Assembly: GCA_047967505.1 (NCBI GenBank)
Contig: CM106538.1
Reading direction: 5' to 3' (one strand)
DNA: 64,000 nucleotides
Origin: Dipteris shenzhenensis
Lineage: Eukaryota
In this document: in pieces, positions 39,020-55,308 of the stretch
How positions within the stretch are numbered: position 1 is the stretch's first letter
Layout of the letters: each line of letters begins with the position of its first letter
Position numbers and translations under genes: made by a program
The notes under the pieces: generated by a model
The model's database searches: none
The model's input: only the letters and a program-made list of their open reading frames with translations
Told to the model about the DNA's origin: nothing

Positions 39020-41130
39020 AAGAACCTTCATCAGATACTATTGAGGTTAAACCAAGGACCATACCTAGATGATTCCATAGAAGAAGGTCAAGTTATTGAT
39101 GAACCCTCAACTAGTCAAGAAGGACTCAAAAGATATACAAGGGTCCGAAGGGCACCTAATAGGTTCATTATGAGTCATGCATTAATGACCGCCATGAAAG
39201 ACGTAGTCGAGCTTGAAAGATATGAGGATACCGAGGACAATCCCAAGAGGTATAAAGCCATGAAAGAGGAGTATGAAAAGATTCATACAAAATATAACTT
39301 TGGGGTTAAACGATTTACTACCAAGAAAGACTTCCATCATTAACAAATGGGTCAACCTAATTAAGATGAAGAGTGATTACAGTCTCGAAAAGTATAAAGC
39401 CAGGCTGGTTGCAAGGGATAACGCCAAAGACATGCCAAAGACGAAGGCATTGGCTATCATGAGACCTTTGTGCCGGTAGCCAAACATAACACTATCAAAT
39501 TGACAGTAGCCATTACCACTCATTTAGACTGACCTCTTTATCAAATGGACTGATCTAAAAGAGGAGGTCTATAGCCACATGGGTTTTGAGGTTAAAGGGA
39601 AGGAGAAAAAGGTATGAAAACTATGAAAAGATTTTTATGGTTAGAAACAAGCACTTGTGCTCAAAATTTGATGAACATTTTCATGAAAAGGGTTTCAATA
39701 AAAGTTCATCATATTATAATCTATATACAAAGCATGATGACAAAGGCAATATAGTTCTCACTATCTTATATATTGACAGCATTGTCATCACTAATAATAA
39801 TGAGGAACTAATGAAACAGGCCAAATAGGACCTGAACAAAGCCTTTGACATGAAAGACCTTGACTTTATGCATTACTATTTGGGAATTGAGGTCTAGAGA
39901 GACCAAGATGAAACGTTCATATCCCAAACCAAGTATGCAAATGACAACCTAAAATAATTCACAATGGAGGATTACAAGCTGATTAAAACACCAATGAATC
40001 CAAGTGAGAAATTTGTCGGGAGATCAACATAGTCCTAGAGTAGATGGCACCTTTTACAAGTAACTTGTAGGTAGCTTGATATATTTGACTACCACTAGAC
40101 TGGACATAGCTTATCCAATCAGTATCCCAATACATGGTTGATCCGAAAGAAAGCCGTTGGAAGACAACCAAGAGAATTCTTAGATATGGCAACGGAACCC
40201 TGACTATGGGATTAATGATTATCTATAACTGTCACAATTTATTGATAGTGATTGTGCATGGTGCTCAGATGAAAAAAGGGATATTGCTTCAACATGGAAT
40301 TGGGCCTTGTATTGTGGAGCAGTAAGAAGCAAAATAGTATTTTTTAAACCTCCATGGAAGCCGAATATAGAGTATCCACTAACACAAGCCTGTGAGCTAT
40401 TCGGTTGAACAAGATATTGAATATTAGACTTGTTTAAAAGGATCGAAGTCCATTATTGACCAATAATCAATGCTCTATTAAATTGGCCTAAGATCCTATA
40501 TTTCATGCTCGGACAAAGCACATTGAGGTGCAATCACTTTATATATGAAAAGGTACTGAGCAATGAAATTGAGCTAATCTATTGTCTAACAAAGGATCAA
40601 GTGGCTGAGATTCTAACCAAACCTCTTGCCAAGGCTAAACAAGAAAAGTGTCTCAACCTAATTCATCAAGGGGAAGTGTTTAAAAAAGTGATGAACTAGT
40701 GGAGTTAGCTCCTAAATTTTCCTTGGAATAATTTTGGTTAGGATTAATTACACGTCAAAAAGAGTGCTAGATAGACCTTAGATGAGTTAGAGACTATTAA
40801 GGAGCCACATGGTGTGACCCCCCACATAGATACATCATGGATGAAGAGAATAGTTGCCACATGGAACCGATCCACTAGTCTATCTCACCAATCCACTAGT
40901 CTATCTCAAGTATTGCATATATGGCATGTGTTTGGTGCATTTTGATTGGGCACACTAGTCCATGTGGCTCATTGGATGGAGTTGAAGCCTTGGTTTCTGT
41001 GGAAGAAGCGTCTTAGGATGCTTCTCCCTCTCAACTCCTCAGCTAGGGTTTGCTATATCGAGGTTCATTGTGTGTTTACTACCGCATTTCCAGTTTGGTG
41101 CATCCATTGTAGCCAATGATTAGTATTCCA
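39020..41130 (+). mobile_element. Decayed Ty1/Copia RT-RNase H, PPT and 3' LTR (40677-41130)
   Basis: KYKARLVAR, LYIDSIVI, QVAEILTKPL; purine tract CAAGGGGAAG directly before TGTT. Confidence 0.82.
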
Positions 41131-41507
41131 TTTGCAGCACTACATTGCATATGCATTCTGCCTATGTGTTTGTGGAAGGGCATCCTGGTCTAGTGAGCCT
41201 CCCTTGTTTTCTTTCAGAAACGTCTGCACACAAAAGGAGGTGAATACAAAATGGACTTAACTATACTCTTGTTGAACATGCTCCCGCGAAATTACTTTGG
41301 GTACTCCACATAAATCTTCTCTAATACCCATCGAGCTTGTGCCAAGTTGTCTTTCATTTCTTGTCTGAAGACTTGACTTTACCCTTAATGTCGTTGCTCC
41401 ACCCTTTTTCCTGTGGGGCAGTGAAGGCTTCTCCTCCTCATCCTTGTAGGGGATTGTCAAACTGAGGAATATGAAGGATTGAACTCCGGCATTGACACGA
41501 TCTCACA

Positions 41508-42410
41508 CTTGTGCCAAGATTTCCTTTTCCTCTCGCTGAAGGATTCCAAGGTTCTCCCCACTCAGATCTGGCCTAATAACTCCAACAAGAACGAAATCAG
41601 CCAAGTCATATGGCTGCAACACTAAAGTTGTTTCCGTCCAACAGAACGGGGATCTTCACTGGCTTCTCAGCCATCTCAAGTAGACTTTCCCTTGCTTAGG
41701 AAAAGCTTGCTCTTGTGATCGAGAGGGGTGGGTGGGAAAGAAGAGAGATAGGAGAGGTTGCTCCAGCGACGCCTCCTTCAAAAGATCTCCTTCTCCCAAG
41801 CTGTCCATGCCTGCAACATGTCTCCTTCAAAGGCTCGCCTTCTTCCCAAACATAGTTCCCAGGAGTTTCGGAAGCGGGGAACGGAAACGGGAAGAAACAG
41901 TGGAAACAGAGTTTCGGTTTTAAGGTTAATTATATTTATATATATATATATATTTATTTATATAGTTATACTTATACTTGTGCCAAGATTTCCTTTTCCT
42001 CTCGCTGAAGGATTCCAAGGTTCTCCCCACTCAGATCTGACCTAATAACTCCAACAAGAACGAAATCAGCCAAGTCATATGGCTACAACACTAATTCCAT
42101 CACACACCAAAGTTGTTTCCGTCCAATAGAACGAGGATCTTCACTGGCTTCTCAGCCATCTCAAGTAGACTTTCCCTTGCTTAGGAAAAGCTTGCTCTTG
42201 TGATCGAGAGGGGTGGGTGGGAAAGAAGAGAGATAGGAGAGGCTGCTCCAGCGACGCCTCCTTCAAAAGATCTCCTTCTCCCAAGCTGTCCACGCTTGCA
42301 ACATGCCTCCTTCAAAGGCTCGCCTTCTTCCCAAACATAGTTCCCAGGAGTTTCGGAAGTGGGGAACGAAAACGGGAAGAAACAGTGGAAACAGAGTTTC
42401 GGTTTTAGGG

Positions 42411-42420
<10 letters not shown>
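41508..42420. repeat. ~485-bp-offset tandem duplication including the putative hAT terminus
   Basis: Near-identical ORFs at 41732 and 42217; each copy ends at an AT microsatellite. Confidence 0.85.
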
Positions 42421-42453
<33 letters not shown>

Positions 42454-45170
42454 TATAGTTATACTTATACTTATTATTATTACATATGTCATACATTACA
42501 AAGTTGAAAGATAGTACATACGTCTTCAAATTTCACAATAACTTATAACTTCAAAGAATTCAAAGTTCGGCAAAGCCGCACACGCTACATCAATTACCAT
42601 AGACGATAGATCATAAATGACAAGTAGTTTGGGGCCCAGGCTGAAGCCTCATAAAAGTGTGTACATGTCACATGTGACATGACAAAATCCTAAAAATAAG
42701 TACTATAGTCTATGCTGTAGCCAATACAAAACATGATCCATATGATATATCGGATCCAAAAATTTGACAAGCATCATGCATGCTCCAGCCTCCAAGAATC
42801 ACTCCTCAACATCATCAGCATTCATGCTATCATCTGTCTCCTCTGACTCCTAAGTGTCAAAGCCTCACATGAAGAATCACAGAGAGGATCCTGCTCCTCT
42901 GGTCCTGCTGAAGTGGAAGCGATGGATACAGCCCTCGATCTCTACCTCTGAGAGTGGGTGGAAGAGCGAGTGGTACAGGTCGATGATGTCAACTCCTCAT
43001 ATAGTAAGGAGTACTTATCGTGCTCTTCCTGTGGGATCTCTGAAATGAACTTCACCTTCTCAATGTCGATCTTGTCCACATTCACCTAAGAAGGCTCCGG
43101 ATTCTTGGCATTCCTTTCAAGGAGCTGGAGGTTGCAATGACAAAATACCAACCTCTGAAGCTGAGGGGTACTCAACCTACTTCTCTTCTTTGTATGGAAA
43201 GGTGACTAAGTGCTACAATTCCTCTCACGTGAACCGGAACTGCAATCCTGAGAGAGCACTCAAATGGCAATGCATTTCTACACACATGATTAGAATTTAG
43301 GATTTAGAAATTAGAATTAAGCAGAATGTAAGTTGTAACTCACACTTTACAACTATACTATGTTGCATGATGCATCATGCATGTAGCTGAAACTTGAGTG
43401 TATGAGTAGTTACTAGTAAATTACCACTGTGGGAGCACAATTCCCATACTTCTCCCACCATGACACAGAGTCTCTCGAAGCTTTGTCATCTCTCGACCAA
43501 AGCTCCCCCCATATGGTTGCAGAAAGCCAAGAGATCATCCTCTATACGGCCCTGCATGTATACATCACCATGGGTCACCACCCTAATGTATGTCATGAAG
43601 CCATCATTAAGCTCTGTGTTCTCATATTGCTCCTCATTTCGCCATAGAGGAAGCAATACATGTGCTGCTGCATGAATTGGTTTGTGAAACCAATCCCATC
43701 GCTTATTCCATATAGCCTTGATCTGCTCAATCCTTTAGAGAACAAACCATGGACAAAAAACAAGAGTCAAGAGTCAAGACCAATGTACAGTATGAAGACT
43801 CAAGAGTCAAGACTGCAGTGAAATAGAAATTTACATATAAGGAAAAAGTTTAAACATATGGAGACTTACTGCTCTGCTCTCAAGTATTGTTGCTTGTTGA
43901 GAGACTCTCCAATCTTGTCCATGTACTCATATAAAAGATCAAGAGTGCTCCCCTCCATGTCTGTAATGCACAAGACTGTGTAGATTGGATTGAGAGTTTT
44001 GATCAAACCCTCAACCTCTACCCACCAGTCCTCTCTCATGACAGCACGCATAAAAGCTCTTGCCTTAGGGCATCCCACTGCATCCACTGATCTGAGTACA
44101 CAGTGCATAACAACTCCCTACAAACTCTCTCAAGCACAATAGACATATAAATCTGGTGGTTGCAGGCTGCAGCAGTAGCTCAAGATTGGTATACGCCCGA
44201 AACATGCTCAAAACTTTTGGCCTCTTCTTCACAAATTTTACCATGTTTCATGCAATGCAAAAGATGGGATCAACCCATTGTATTTCACCTATGTTCTTGA
44301 TCAATACGTCCAGGCAATGTGATGCACAAGGGGTCCACACAATACCTGGAAACTCGTCCTCTAGCATAGAGCCCATAGACTTGCAAGTGCTCCCATTGTC
44401 TGCTGTCACTACCTGCACAACATTCTCAGGCCCTATTTGCATGATTGCCTCCCGTATATGACCCCAAATAAATAAACCGGTAACTGTGAGACCTAGGAGG
44501 GAGGCATCAATGGCTTTCAAAAACATAGTGCCTTTGCACCAAGACACTAAAATATTGTACACATTAAGTCTGCGTACATCTGACCATCCATCACACAATA
44601 TAGTGCAGCCATAATTCTTCCGTGTTTCCTTCCAAGGGATGTAGCTGCACTTCTATGCATGCTCTTTCTCGCTTGAGCTCACGTACTCGCAGAGCTTCAA
44701 ATGAAGGGCCTTCCCACTCGCATCAAATGCGGCTGATGGTTCTCATGGTCTTCCTCCATTGGTTCGTCTTGGCCACATGAAAGGGAATGGCACACCGTAT
44801 GAACAATCGGGTGAGCTCCCTAGTTGCCTCTGCCATTGCCTGCTTTTGAAACCCCGATTGGATGTTGGCCCTTCGTACAGAATTTCTAGGTAGTGGAGGA
44901 GTGGCTCGTGATACATCCTCTGGCAAAGGAGTCCTCTTTGCATGCATAGCCGACATAAAGGAATAGCCACTCTATGACTCAGTATCTCTGCTCCTCTTTG
45001 TTGCCTCCGGTGCTTGACTTGAACTACCTTCCTCCTCGTCAGCTGGCTCCATAGAACTTGAATCTTTGGGAACACCCAAACGCTTTCGCCTCCATTCTTC
45101 AAGGCTCTCCTTAACATTGTTACGCTCTCGTCGAGGTAACATGACCTCAGAAGGGTCAATCGACATTTTC
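42336..45170 (-). mobile_element. hAT-family DNA transposon relic (DUF659-type transposase pseudogene), 5'-truncated
   Basis: IPFHVA, CDGWSD..NILV..GTMFLKAID, ENVVQVVT.DN, WTPCASHCLD, plus dimerization-domain remnants near 43150-43270; candidate end CATAGTTCCCAGGAGTTTCGG at 42336. Confidence 0.8.
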
Positions 45171-45184
45171 CTTTAAAGGATCAA

Positions 45185-48100
45185 TATTTGTATTATATTT
45201 GTTTGGGCTTCATGTAAATTATCAAAAAGGAATAAAGGTCAAGGTCCTTGGTGTGGGTGACATGGCACTAGACTAGGTGGATCTAAGGCTAAGGGACTTT
45301 AATGCATTAAATGTGCCTAGGGGCAAATGTTTTAAAGATATCCCAAGAGAGGGGTAAATAATGCATTAAGGAAGGACCCTACATTTATGACATGTGGCAT
45401 AATAGATTCATCTAGGGAGTTTTGGGGCTCATTGGGAATAAGCAAGCATGAGCTTTTACGTAATCAGACCATCTGGAAGCTCGCAACCAACGAGGTTGGT
45501 TGGGAGGAGAAACCAAGTGCCCGTTCCCGTGATTTGACGACAAGCAGGAAGAAATCAGATTAGACTGTAAAATTTGGTATCAGAGCGCAAAATATCTGGG
45601 TAGCGTGGATGAACGAGTTGCATACGAAGGGGTAACAAGTGGAATTGCTAGGAGTTGGAAATCTAGCCCTTCAGATTTGCGTTACGTATTAGGAGCAGTG
45701 CAACTACCGTAGGTGATGGCACAGCCGTTGGGTCACGGACGTCATCGCAGCTATCGGGTGATGGCGCAGCTGTTGGGTCACGGACATCATCGCAGGTCCA
45801 TACTTGGTATCACGCAAAGGAATTCGGGACCAGGACTCCGGGATATCGCAGGACAGGACTAGCTGTCGCAGGAGTGTATGGTTCACGTAGGAATCTCGGA
45901 AGGCAGGCGTGAAGCAGTTTTGGACACCCGCTGGTCTACAGCTAGCTTAGGGCCAGGGAATTTTGGCCCGTGATACTTGTGTCGTCCACTATTTGTTCCA
46001 ACATCGGGAAGCCCACTTTCATCGTGAAAAAAAAGAGCTGGCGATAGACGAGATTTTACAGAGGATTGTGAAGCTCCGACTGCGAACAACCACAGGTTTC
46101 CTTTTGAGCGTGGAGGTTATAGATCGTTGAGCTGTCAAGACGAAACTACAGGAGCCTAGGAGTATAGGCTGGTTTGAGGCGATCCTTTAACGTTTTCGAT
46201 GCTGGTACTTTGCAAGGGTCTAACATTATGACCATACAGCATGTTCGTGATTATAAGGCAGGTCATAAATGCATGTGGGAGTGGCTTACGGGAACTAGTT
46301 GACCTCTTCATGCAGCAAAGATATACCAGGGGGCTTTCGACTCTTTATTCCCTCTATTTTATTTGGTTAAAATTCTAAAGTTTTGAGGTGTGTGAGTTGG
46401 ATTGGGAACAAATTTATGCCTTTGGATTTAAGGGCTTGAGGTTCTTAGATTGCAGGAGTTTCCCTAGTATAGGGAAAAGCGGGTTTGGTTACAGTGTGAT
46501 ATATGTTTTGTCAGCTGTAAAGTTGGAAGTTGGACTTTCAATTTGTAATTACAGTTTCAAGCGGTTTTTTTTTTTTTTTTAATAAACACCCATTGACATG
46601 AATGGAAATAAAAGAAGAAGCTTCCAGAATGGATCCCGTAGAGTCGGGAGTCCGGCCGACCCCGCAGGTGTCGCGCCGAGCAGGCCATACATTGTCTGAC
46701 AGAATTGCAATGTTAGAGGATGCCTTGCAACAGATTTTAGCGCAGCAGTTACAAACAAATGTGGGGCAGTCTGAACTCAGAAAAATGGTGCATAGTATGT
46801 CTGCCAGACCATCTCGTGAGGAGAAAGGTAAATCTCCGATGCAACAGAAGTGTTAACGATGATCTCAGAGTTTGCGGGTGTATCACCAGTGTCTTCTACC
46901 AGGTTCAATTTTTGGTCGCAATCTATGCATATCTAGCTGCAGTTTTGTTTGCATTTGCTCATGCAGATAGCTTCACAAATTGGTACGGGGGGAGAATCTA
47001 CTAGAGTGACCAGTCTAGAGGCAGAAGTCACGCAGTTGCGCATGGAAAATGAGTCTCTGTGAGGTCAGCAAGAGCGAGTGCGGCAACTAGAGGACCGGAT
47101 GTCAATCCTTGAAGCCAGAGTTTAAGTGGCGGGGAGGCACATTCGGAGGCCATGTAGCATCGAGTGTTGAGCAAGAGTTGCTACATCGACGTACTACTGA
47201 TGCACTAGCAGAGTATTTGTGGGATTTTTTGAGGAACATGAGTGTTAACATGGAGTAGATGGGCTCACTCCTAGAAGCTCTTTAGGGTGATGTGAGGGTG
47301 GAATGGGATAGGCAGGTGGCCAGATGGAGTGTGGCTATTGTTCCACAAACCTATCGAGAGCTGGTTCTGCATGAATGACAAACCAGGACAGATGGAGATG
47401 CAGGCACTGGTGCGGGTTCTAGTCAGCAACAAGGTCTGTAGCTATCGACTAGTTCTAGACCAAAAGAGTCTAGCACTTCTTTGGGTGGTGGTGGTATGGA
47501 TAAGGGAAAAGGAGTGGTTGCGGAGACAGTGCAAATTGAAGAGGATTGGCAAGCCAAATATGAAGAGCTAGCATAAGGCATTGTGGAAGTCGTTCTCTAT
47601 AATAGCAAAAGAATTGATGTGTTGAAGCAACAGAGGCGTTCACTTTGTTTGTGGTTGGAATTGTGCACTCATTCTTTCAGTCTGTCATTGCCTCCTCGTC
47701 CTCCTTGGTGGAAAGAGGCAGATAAGTTTCTGGGGAAGTATTTTAGTAAGCACACACCTTTTCCAAGGTTACCAGATCCCCCTTCCTATGAGCCAATGGT
47801 GATTCAAAGACGTGCGATGGCACAGGAACGATGGCAATAGCAATTACCATTGGGTGCATGGATAGATGAAGTATTACCCACAAAGCAGTGGCATGAACAA
47901 CAGGTAGTGAATAGATCCAAGCCTCATCGATTGCAATGGCTGATGGATCTGGAGCAGGATCAAAGATTGAAGATGTTCATGTGGAAGCGATAGTTAGAGA
48001 CGACTGCAGATGCTGGTTCGAGTGGAGTAGCGACAGTTGTCAACAGAGTTACCTAAGAGTAGTGATGCGGGACTGAGCAAAAGGGGTGGCATTATTGCGC

Positions 48101-48900
48101 CTGTTCAGTACATGTCTAGTTCAAATGAAGAGTAGAACTATGACGATGGCTGCAGAAGGGCCTTGCAAAATAAAGTGTCGTTGTGTAGCAAAGCACATAC
48201 GTCACTATAGTGGTTGCTTTTGGATAGGCAACGTCGAAGATGTCCGAAATGCAGGGATGCTTTTGGATAGGGAGGAGAAATAAAAAAAGGACCTTCAGAT
48301 AGGCATTGCGACTACAGAGAGTGGATGTTATTCTGATTGTTTTTCGGAATGAGATACTTGGTAATTCTTGTGTACTAAGTGAAGAGAGAGATTTAACTTA
48401 CCACACCTAGTTCTCTGTCGAGGCTATGCCTAAAATGATTGTTGCACACACACTTTGCACTGTGTAAGGCATTTGACTTTAATCCGGGGATGTGCATGTG
48501 TGGTTCGCACAGTACACCATGAGTGCCATGTTTTATTGCATAACCATGTGGGTTAGCAGTAATGACCTGGGGTGTGCGAGGGTAGGTTAGTTGTAAGGAT
48601 TGAGGTTCAGATCTCCAAGCGGTTGTAGTCTTCAACGGCTATTTCTCTAACCGTCAGACAGTTCTGTATGCGTGTTATTACTAGCATTCCGAGATCATTG
48701 TGTACATAGACGTTGTGTAAGCTATTGCTCCGAAATACAGTATTCTTAAGTGTTCTATCTCTTGCATATAATTTGTATTCCGTTCTCGTGGATATTGCGC
48801 GTATCATTTGTTTATTGCTTTCCATAGCGTCTGCGTGCATTCATTGATGTCAATCTCAGGTAACTCTATTGGCAACTATGTCACCGCTCCACTCGATGCC
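45185..48900 (+). mobile_element. Degenerate LTR retroelement (probably non-autonomous); boundaries approximate
   Basis: tRNA-Met PBS TGGTATCAGAGC at 45575-45586 followed by fragmented coiled-coil/gag-like ORFs; it truncates the hAT relic. Confidence 0.5.
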
Positions 48901-50574
48901 GTGGGCATTATGAGCAGGTGCATACTAATGATTTAATTAATCCAATGCTTTTGTTTTTTAAGATCAATTGGTACATGTTTGTATCTACTTTTTTATCTGA
49001 TCAAAAACTTCATCATTATGGAAAAGCATACTTGTGTAGTCTTGATACTTGTCCCTTACTATCTTAAAACTTATCATCACCTCTGACCTTTCTTGCTTTC
49101 CCCTTGGTACAATTGCAATCAAGAATTTGTAAACGTCAAAAAGATTCTCCGCTTTCGCTTTAGTAGTAGTTTATTTGAGAGTGGTACAGGAGCATTAAAA
49201 GTTTTCCATATGGTCCTAAGCTTTGACTAACATCTCTAAACTTGAAAGCGATCTTTCGAAGTGCATGAATGTCATGATTAAGTATTTCTGACTTAATCAA
49301 ATATTTTTTCTTGTTTTTAAAGATACAAATGCTTGCAGAATAGTAGTGGATATAATTGATGGCATTTGGCACCCATCTTCAATATAGGTGGTTTTTCATC
49401 TAGATCGTTCTCATCCAAGATGGTGGTATGTGATCTAAGTTACACCACAAAGTAAACAGAATTTTTAAGATAGAGATGTGGATATGGATATGCCATATCC
49501 AATTGATCCAGATGGATCTAGCGAAGAAGATGAAGATCACAATATGAGCCAAGAAGAAGATGCACATAATGACATCGTACGGGAGGAAGATGGAGATCAC
49601 GATATTGAGGAAGAAGATGACGATCAAGAATCACTCGACTTTATTGAAGAACGGGAATTACAAGATCAAGTCTTAGGTGAACATACAATGCCAAAGTACG
49701 ATGATGATATAGGAGATCAACTGGTTATAGAGTTGGAGATAGACTTGTTTGGCGCATAGGACCTGGCTCAGGATGAAGCCATTGATGTAAATTCTCTTGA
49801 TTGATTTTTTTCATCTCAAACTTGGACATGAATATATGAGCTTCAAACTTGATGTACATGCTCTTGTATTTTTATTCTTTCAAAGGATCAAACATATATG
49901 AAAAGAATTTTTTTTGTCATTGGGAAACACTCTCTATTAAATATTGGTATAGGAAAGCTTCACAGAGTCGGTACATACTGACCATTACAAGTGCTTCTGT
50001 TATTAGTTGCTATATACCAACCTTATTAATCTCGTCATACGTACCGACGATTAGCGCACTGCACATGCTAAACACCGACGCTTAATCATCGGAACAAGGC
50101 CCATGTGTAGTAGTGTCATTTAATTGTGATCATCAGGATTTAGTTTTGATTGAAGAGATACTACCCTTCTCTCTTCATCTAGATGTAGCTAAAAATGTGA
50201 ATGGGGTGATAAACTTTAATGCATATGGTCAACAACCACTGGAATTTGGTATCCCCATTATATGAATGTAATTCTTGAATGGAATACAATCAAGATTCAA
50301 GGAGAGAAGGGCACTTCTTCAACCAAGTCTAACATCAGAGGTGATGAGCATGAAAAGGCTGTGATTAGAGACTAAACACTTCTTCTACAATAGTATTTTT
50401 TCTTATGTTTAGTCTCTAGAATTTTGATTACATCTTGTATTTGTGATTTTTACTAGATACAAGACAAGAAAAGGTGAACTGTGTGTGATTAGAAGACAAG
50501 AAAGGGAGAAGTATGTGTGCTATGCAAATATACTATTTATCACAATGACTTCAAACCCTGCACTTTGCCACTCT

Positions 50575-51009
50575 ACGTTTGGGATTTTCTTTATGATCGA
50601 TGATTCAATGATTAATGGAGTTGGCCTTGGCTTATTTGCACTAAAAACCATAGAAAAAAAAAACTATTATAACATACGAAGGACTAAAGTATAAATATTC
50701 GAACAGAAGGACTCCTAGCTCATTAAACCACTGAGCACTAAAGGACACTATTGTTGAGGATCCAAGAGTTGATCTTGAAAAGAATAAAGTATACATTGTT
50801 GGTGATGTACATGATGGTAATGTGGGGGGCTACATAAACAGTTCTAAGAAGTGCATGGAATAGGAGAATGTATGCTATGCATAATCACAACCCTAGAACC
50901 ATGGTATTCTTATGAGTTTGATAATGATACTTCATATGGAAAGATAACTATACAAATAACTCGTGATATTAATGCAACCAAGGAACTACTTGCAAATTAT
51001 GAGATCTAA
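50575..51009 (+). pseudogene. SET-domain protein remnant
   Basis: Ordered motifs SMINGVGLGLFALKTI, GNVGGYINSS, ITRDINATKELLANY, interrupted by stops and frameshifts. Confidence 0.6.
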
Positions 51010-52253
51010 TTGATTTTTTCATGTTTTAATGAGAGGAATCATTTCTTAAACGCTTTTTTATTGGGCATAAATTGTAAGATTTTAATTGTTTCTAGATACT
51101 AGTTTTAATGATGCACTCCATCTATTTTTTAAGTGTTTTGAAATTAAGTAAATTCTTCATATTACTAACATGATCCTTATCATAGTGACACTTGTCTAGT
51201 ACAGCGTGGTGCATGAAGTTTAACCATGTAAGATTTGATTTGGCCATGTGGTGTAATCAACTATATTTCCACAATATGTGCACAATTTCGAAGTACATTG
51301 GGTGACTCTATTGATTAATTTACTACTTTAATTTATGGTTTGTATAGTGCCATGGTAAAAAAATATCTTGGGAAATTCAGGAATTAAAAATAAGCATTGG
51401 GAGATTTTCAAATTTCCCAATAGAGTGTTTTGAAAGGATTGCATCAGTGATTATGTCATCGCAAGACCACAAAGTAAGATCCTCATCAATAAAAATATGT
51501 TACAAAGTTGTGTGGGGATTTGCATTCTGTGGGACTTGCATGGGATTTGTTTTTTAATTTGGTAAGATGCTTAAATGTTTGTTTCCCTTTGAATGGAGAA
51601 GACAAACCCATTAAAAAACTTAAAATTTTGGCAACTTCTCTAGGTGCATAACGATGTACTCATCAACCTAATGAAAAGGGAAACAAAGAACAATATTGTT
51701 CCACCACTTATTCATTCACTCCTTTCATGTGCTAGTGAGGAAGTTCCCTATAAAACTCATTTTCTTGCAAGTGGACCAATCTTGGTCTAGCAAGAATGAA
51801 TCATGAATGCGTTGAATACTAAAGAGGAATTTGGAAGCATTTCCAACCTTGGTCTAGCAAGAATGAATACATTGAATACTAAAGAGGAATTTGGAATCAA
51901 ATGATGCATTCATGGCCATCTAAAAAATCACTTTTAGGAAGAAGAAATTAAAGCAAAAAGCACTATATCCCATGCCAGCCTAGAAGAAATCAAAGCAATG
52001 GAGGGGAGTCACTTGAGTTAAGCGAGGGGGAAGGTAATGAAGAAAGGGGAACTTAGTAGGGTCAAAAGCTTCTTGAAAGAGAAAACTTTAAGTCAAAGAG
52101 ATCCTAGTAAGGCAATGGAAGGGAGTCACGTGAACTAAGGGAGAGGGGAGGAAACTCGAGGGAAGGGGAGCCAAGTTGGGTCAAATGGTATAAAATGTTT
52201 CTTGGAAGAGAAAAATCTAAGACACCCTTGCCATTTGAGAGGGTCCAACATGC

Positions 52254-52838
52254 TTCTTGGAAGAGAAAAGTCTAAGAGGCTCTTCCCCTAATCTACACGT
52301 GTGCAAACCCTCTAGAAATTCTATTCAAGCCCATCTCTCATGTAGAACACAAATCCCAAGGCTTCAAGTGCAAATGCATTGTCCTAGAAAGTGGTGTACT
52401 CATAGAATACATGTTGCTTGGAGATAAAGTATGACTAGATGAATGTGATTCTTGGAAGAGAAAAGTCTAAGAGGCTCTTCCCCTAATCTACACGTGTGCA
52501 AACCCTCTAGAAATTCTATTCAAGCCCATCTCTCATGTAGAACACAAATCCCAAGGCTTCAAGTGCAAATGCATTGTCCTAGAAAGTGGTGTACTCATAG
52601 AATACATGTTGCTTGGAGATAAAGTATGACTAGATGAATGTGATTCTTGGAAGAGAAAAGTCTAAGAGGCTCTTCCCCTAATCTACACGTGTTCAAACCC
52701 TCTAGAAATTCTATTCAAGCCCATCTCTCATGTAGAACACAAATCCCAAGGCTTCAAGTGCAAATGCATTGTCCTAGAAAGTGGTGTACTCATAGAATAC
52801 ATGTTGCTTGGAGATAAAGTATGACTAGATGAATGTGA
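52254..52838. repeat. Three near-identical 195-bp tandem units
   Basis: TTCTTGGAAGAGAAAAGTCTAAG at 52254, 52449 and 52644. Confidence 0.92.
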
Positions 52839-53658
52839 TCGATTGAATGCTACTTGTAATGGTGTATATGGAAAAAAAGCTTTATCAAAAATCTTGGAGC
52901 AATATTTCTAATTTGAGATGATACATTGTTTGGGAGGAGCCTTGACTTTAGACAAACTTTGTGGAGTCTACTTTTATTTTGGGAAAAAAAAACTGGATGA
53001 AGGTATGCAAAAAACCTACAAATAAGATTGTTTACAAACTATGACCACGTGAACATGCCCATTGATCATGGACAAGCAAGATTACCCACTCATGCCTATT
53101 CGATGGCCCAAATGCATCTAATGCAAGGGGGATAAACATGAAGACAAGTTACAACTTGAAGCTTTTGTGAAATTCCATATAACAAAGAACATCTAAGCGA
53201 AATGCATCCAATGCACCCAAATTCATCCAATGGAAGGGGGATAAACATGAAGACAAGTTACAACTTGAGGCTTTTGTGAAATTCCATATAAGAAAGAACA
53301 TCCAACGTGGCCAAATGCATCCAATGAACGGGCTAAACATGAAGTCAACTTGAATTTCCATAAAACAAAGACCATCCAATGTGGTGGGCGCTTACTATAA
53401 AACTGTTGACTATTCATGGTTGGACCGCGTTCTACTTTAGGGGGCAAAATGGTTGATTTACGATGGTGAATTTGGTCTCCTCCTCTATTTAAGAAGAGCC
53501 TCTTCCTCTCAAATTTCAACGCTCTCACAAGTCGCCCTTCATCAACACTAGCCTCTTCAGTCTCACGTTCCTCACACGCTACAGCATTCCTTAGCTCCTC
53601 TCCAAACTAGCTCAGCCCTCCTCCTCACCCCTCCTTTTCCCGCCACCCTCACCTTAGA

Positions 53659-55308
<1,650 letters not shown>

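Noticed and set aside
33781-41130. One intact LTR element bounded by the two related LTRs
   Set aside because: The LTRs are quite diverged, the first lacks a following PBS and seems preceded by a pol tail, and the interior mixes Gypsy and Copia pieces.
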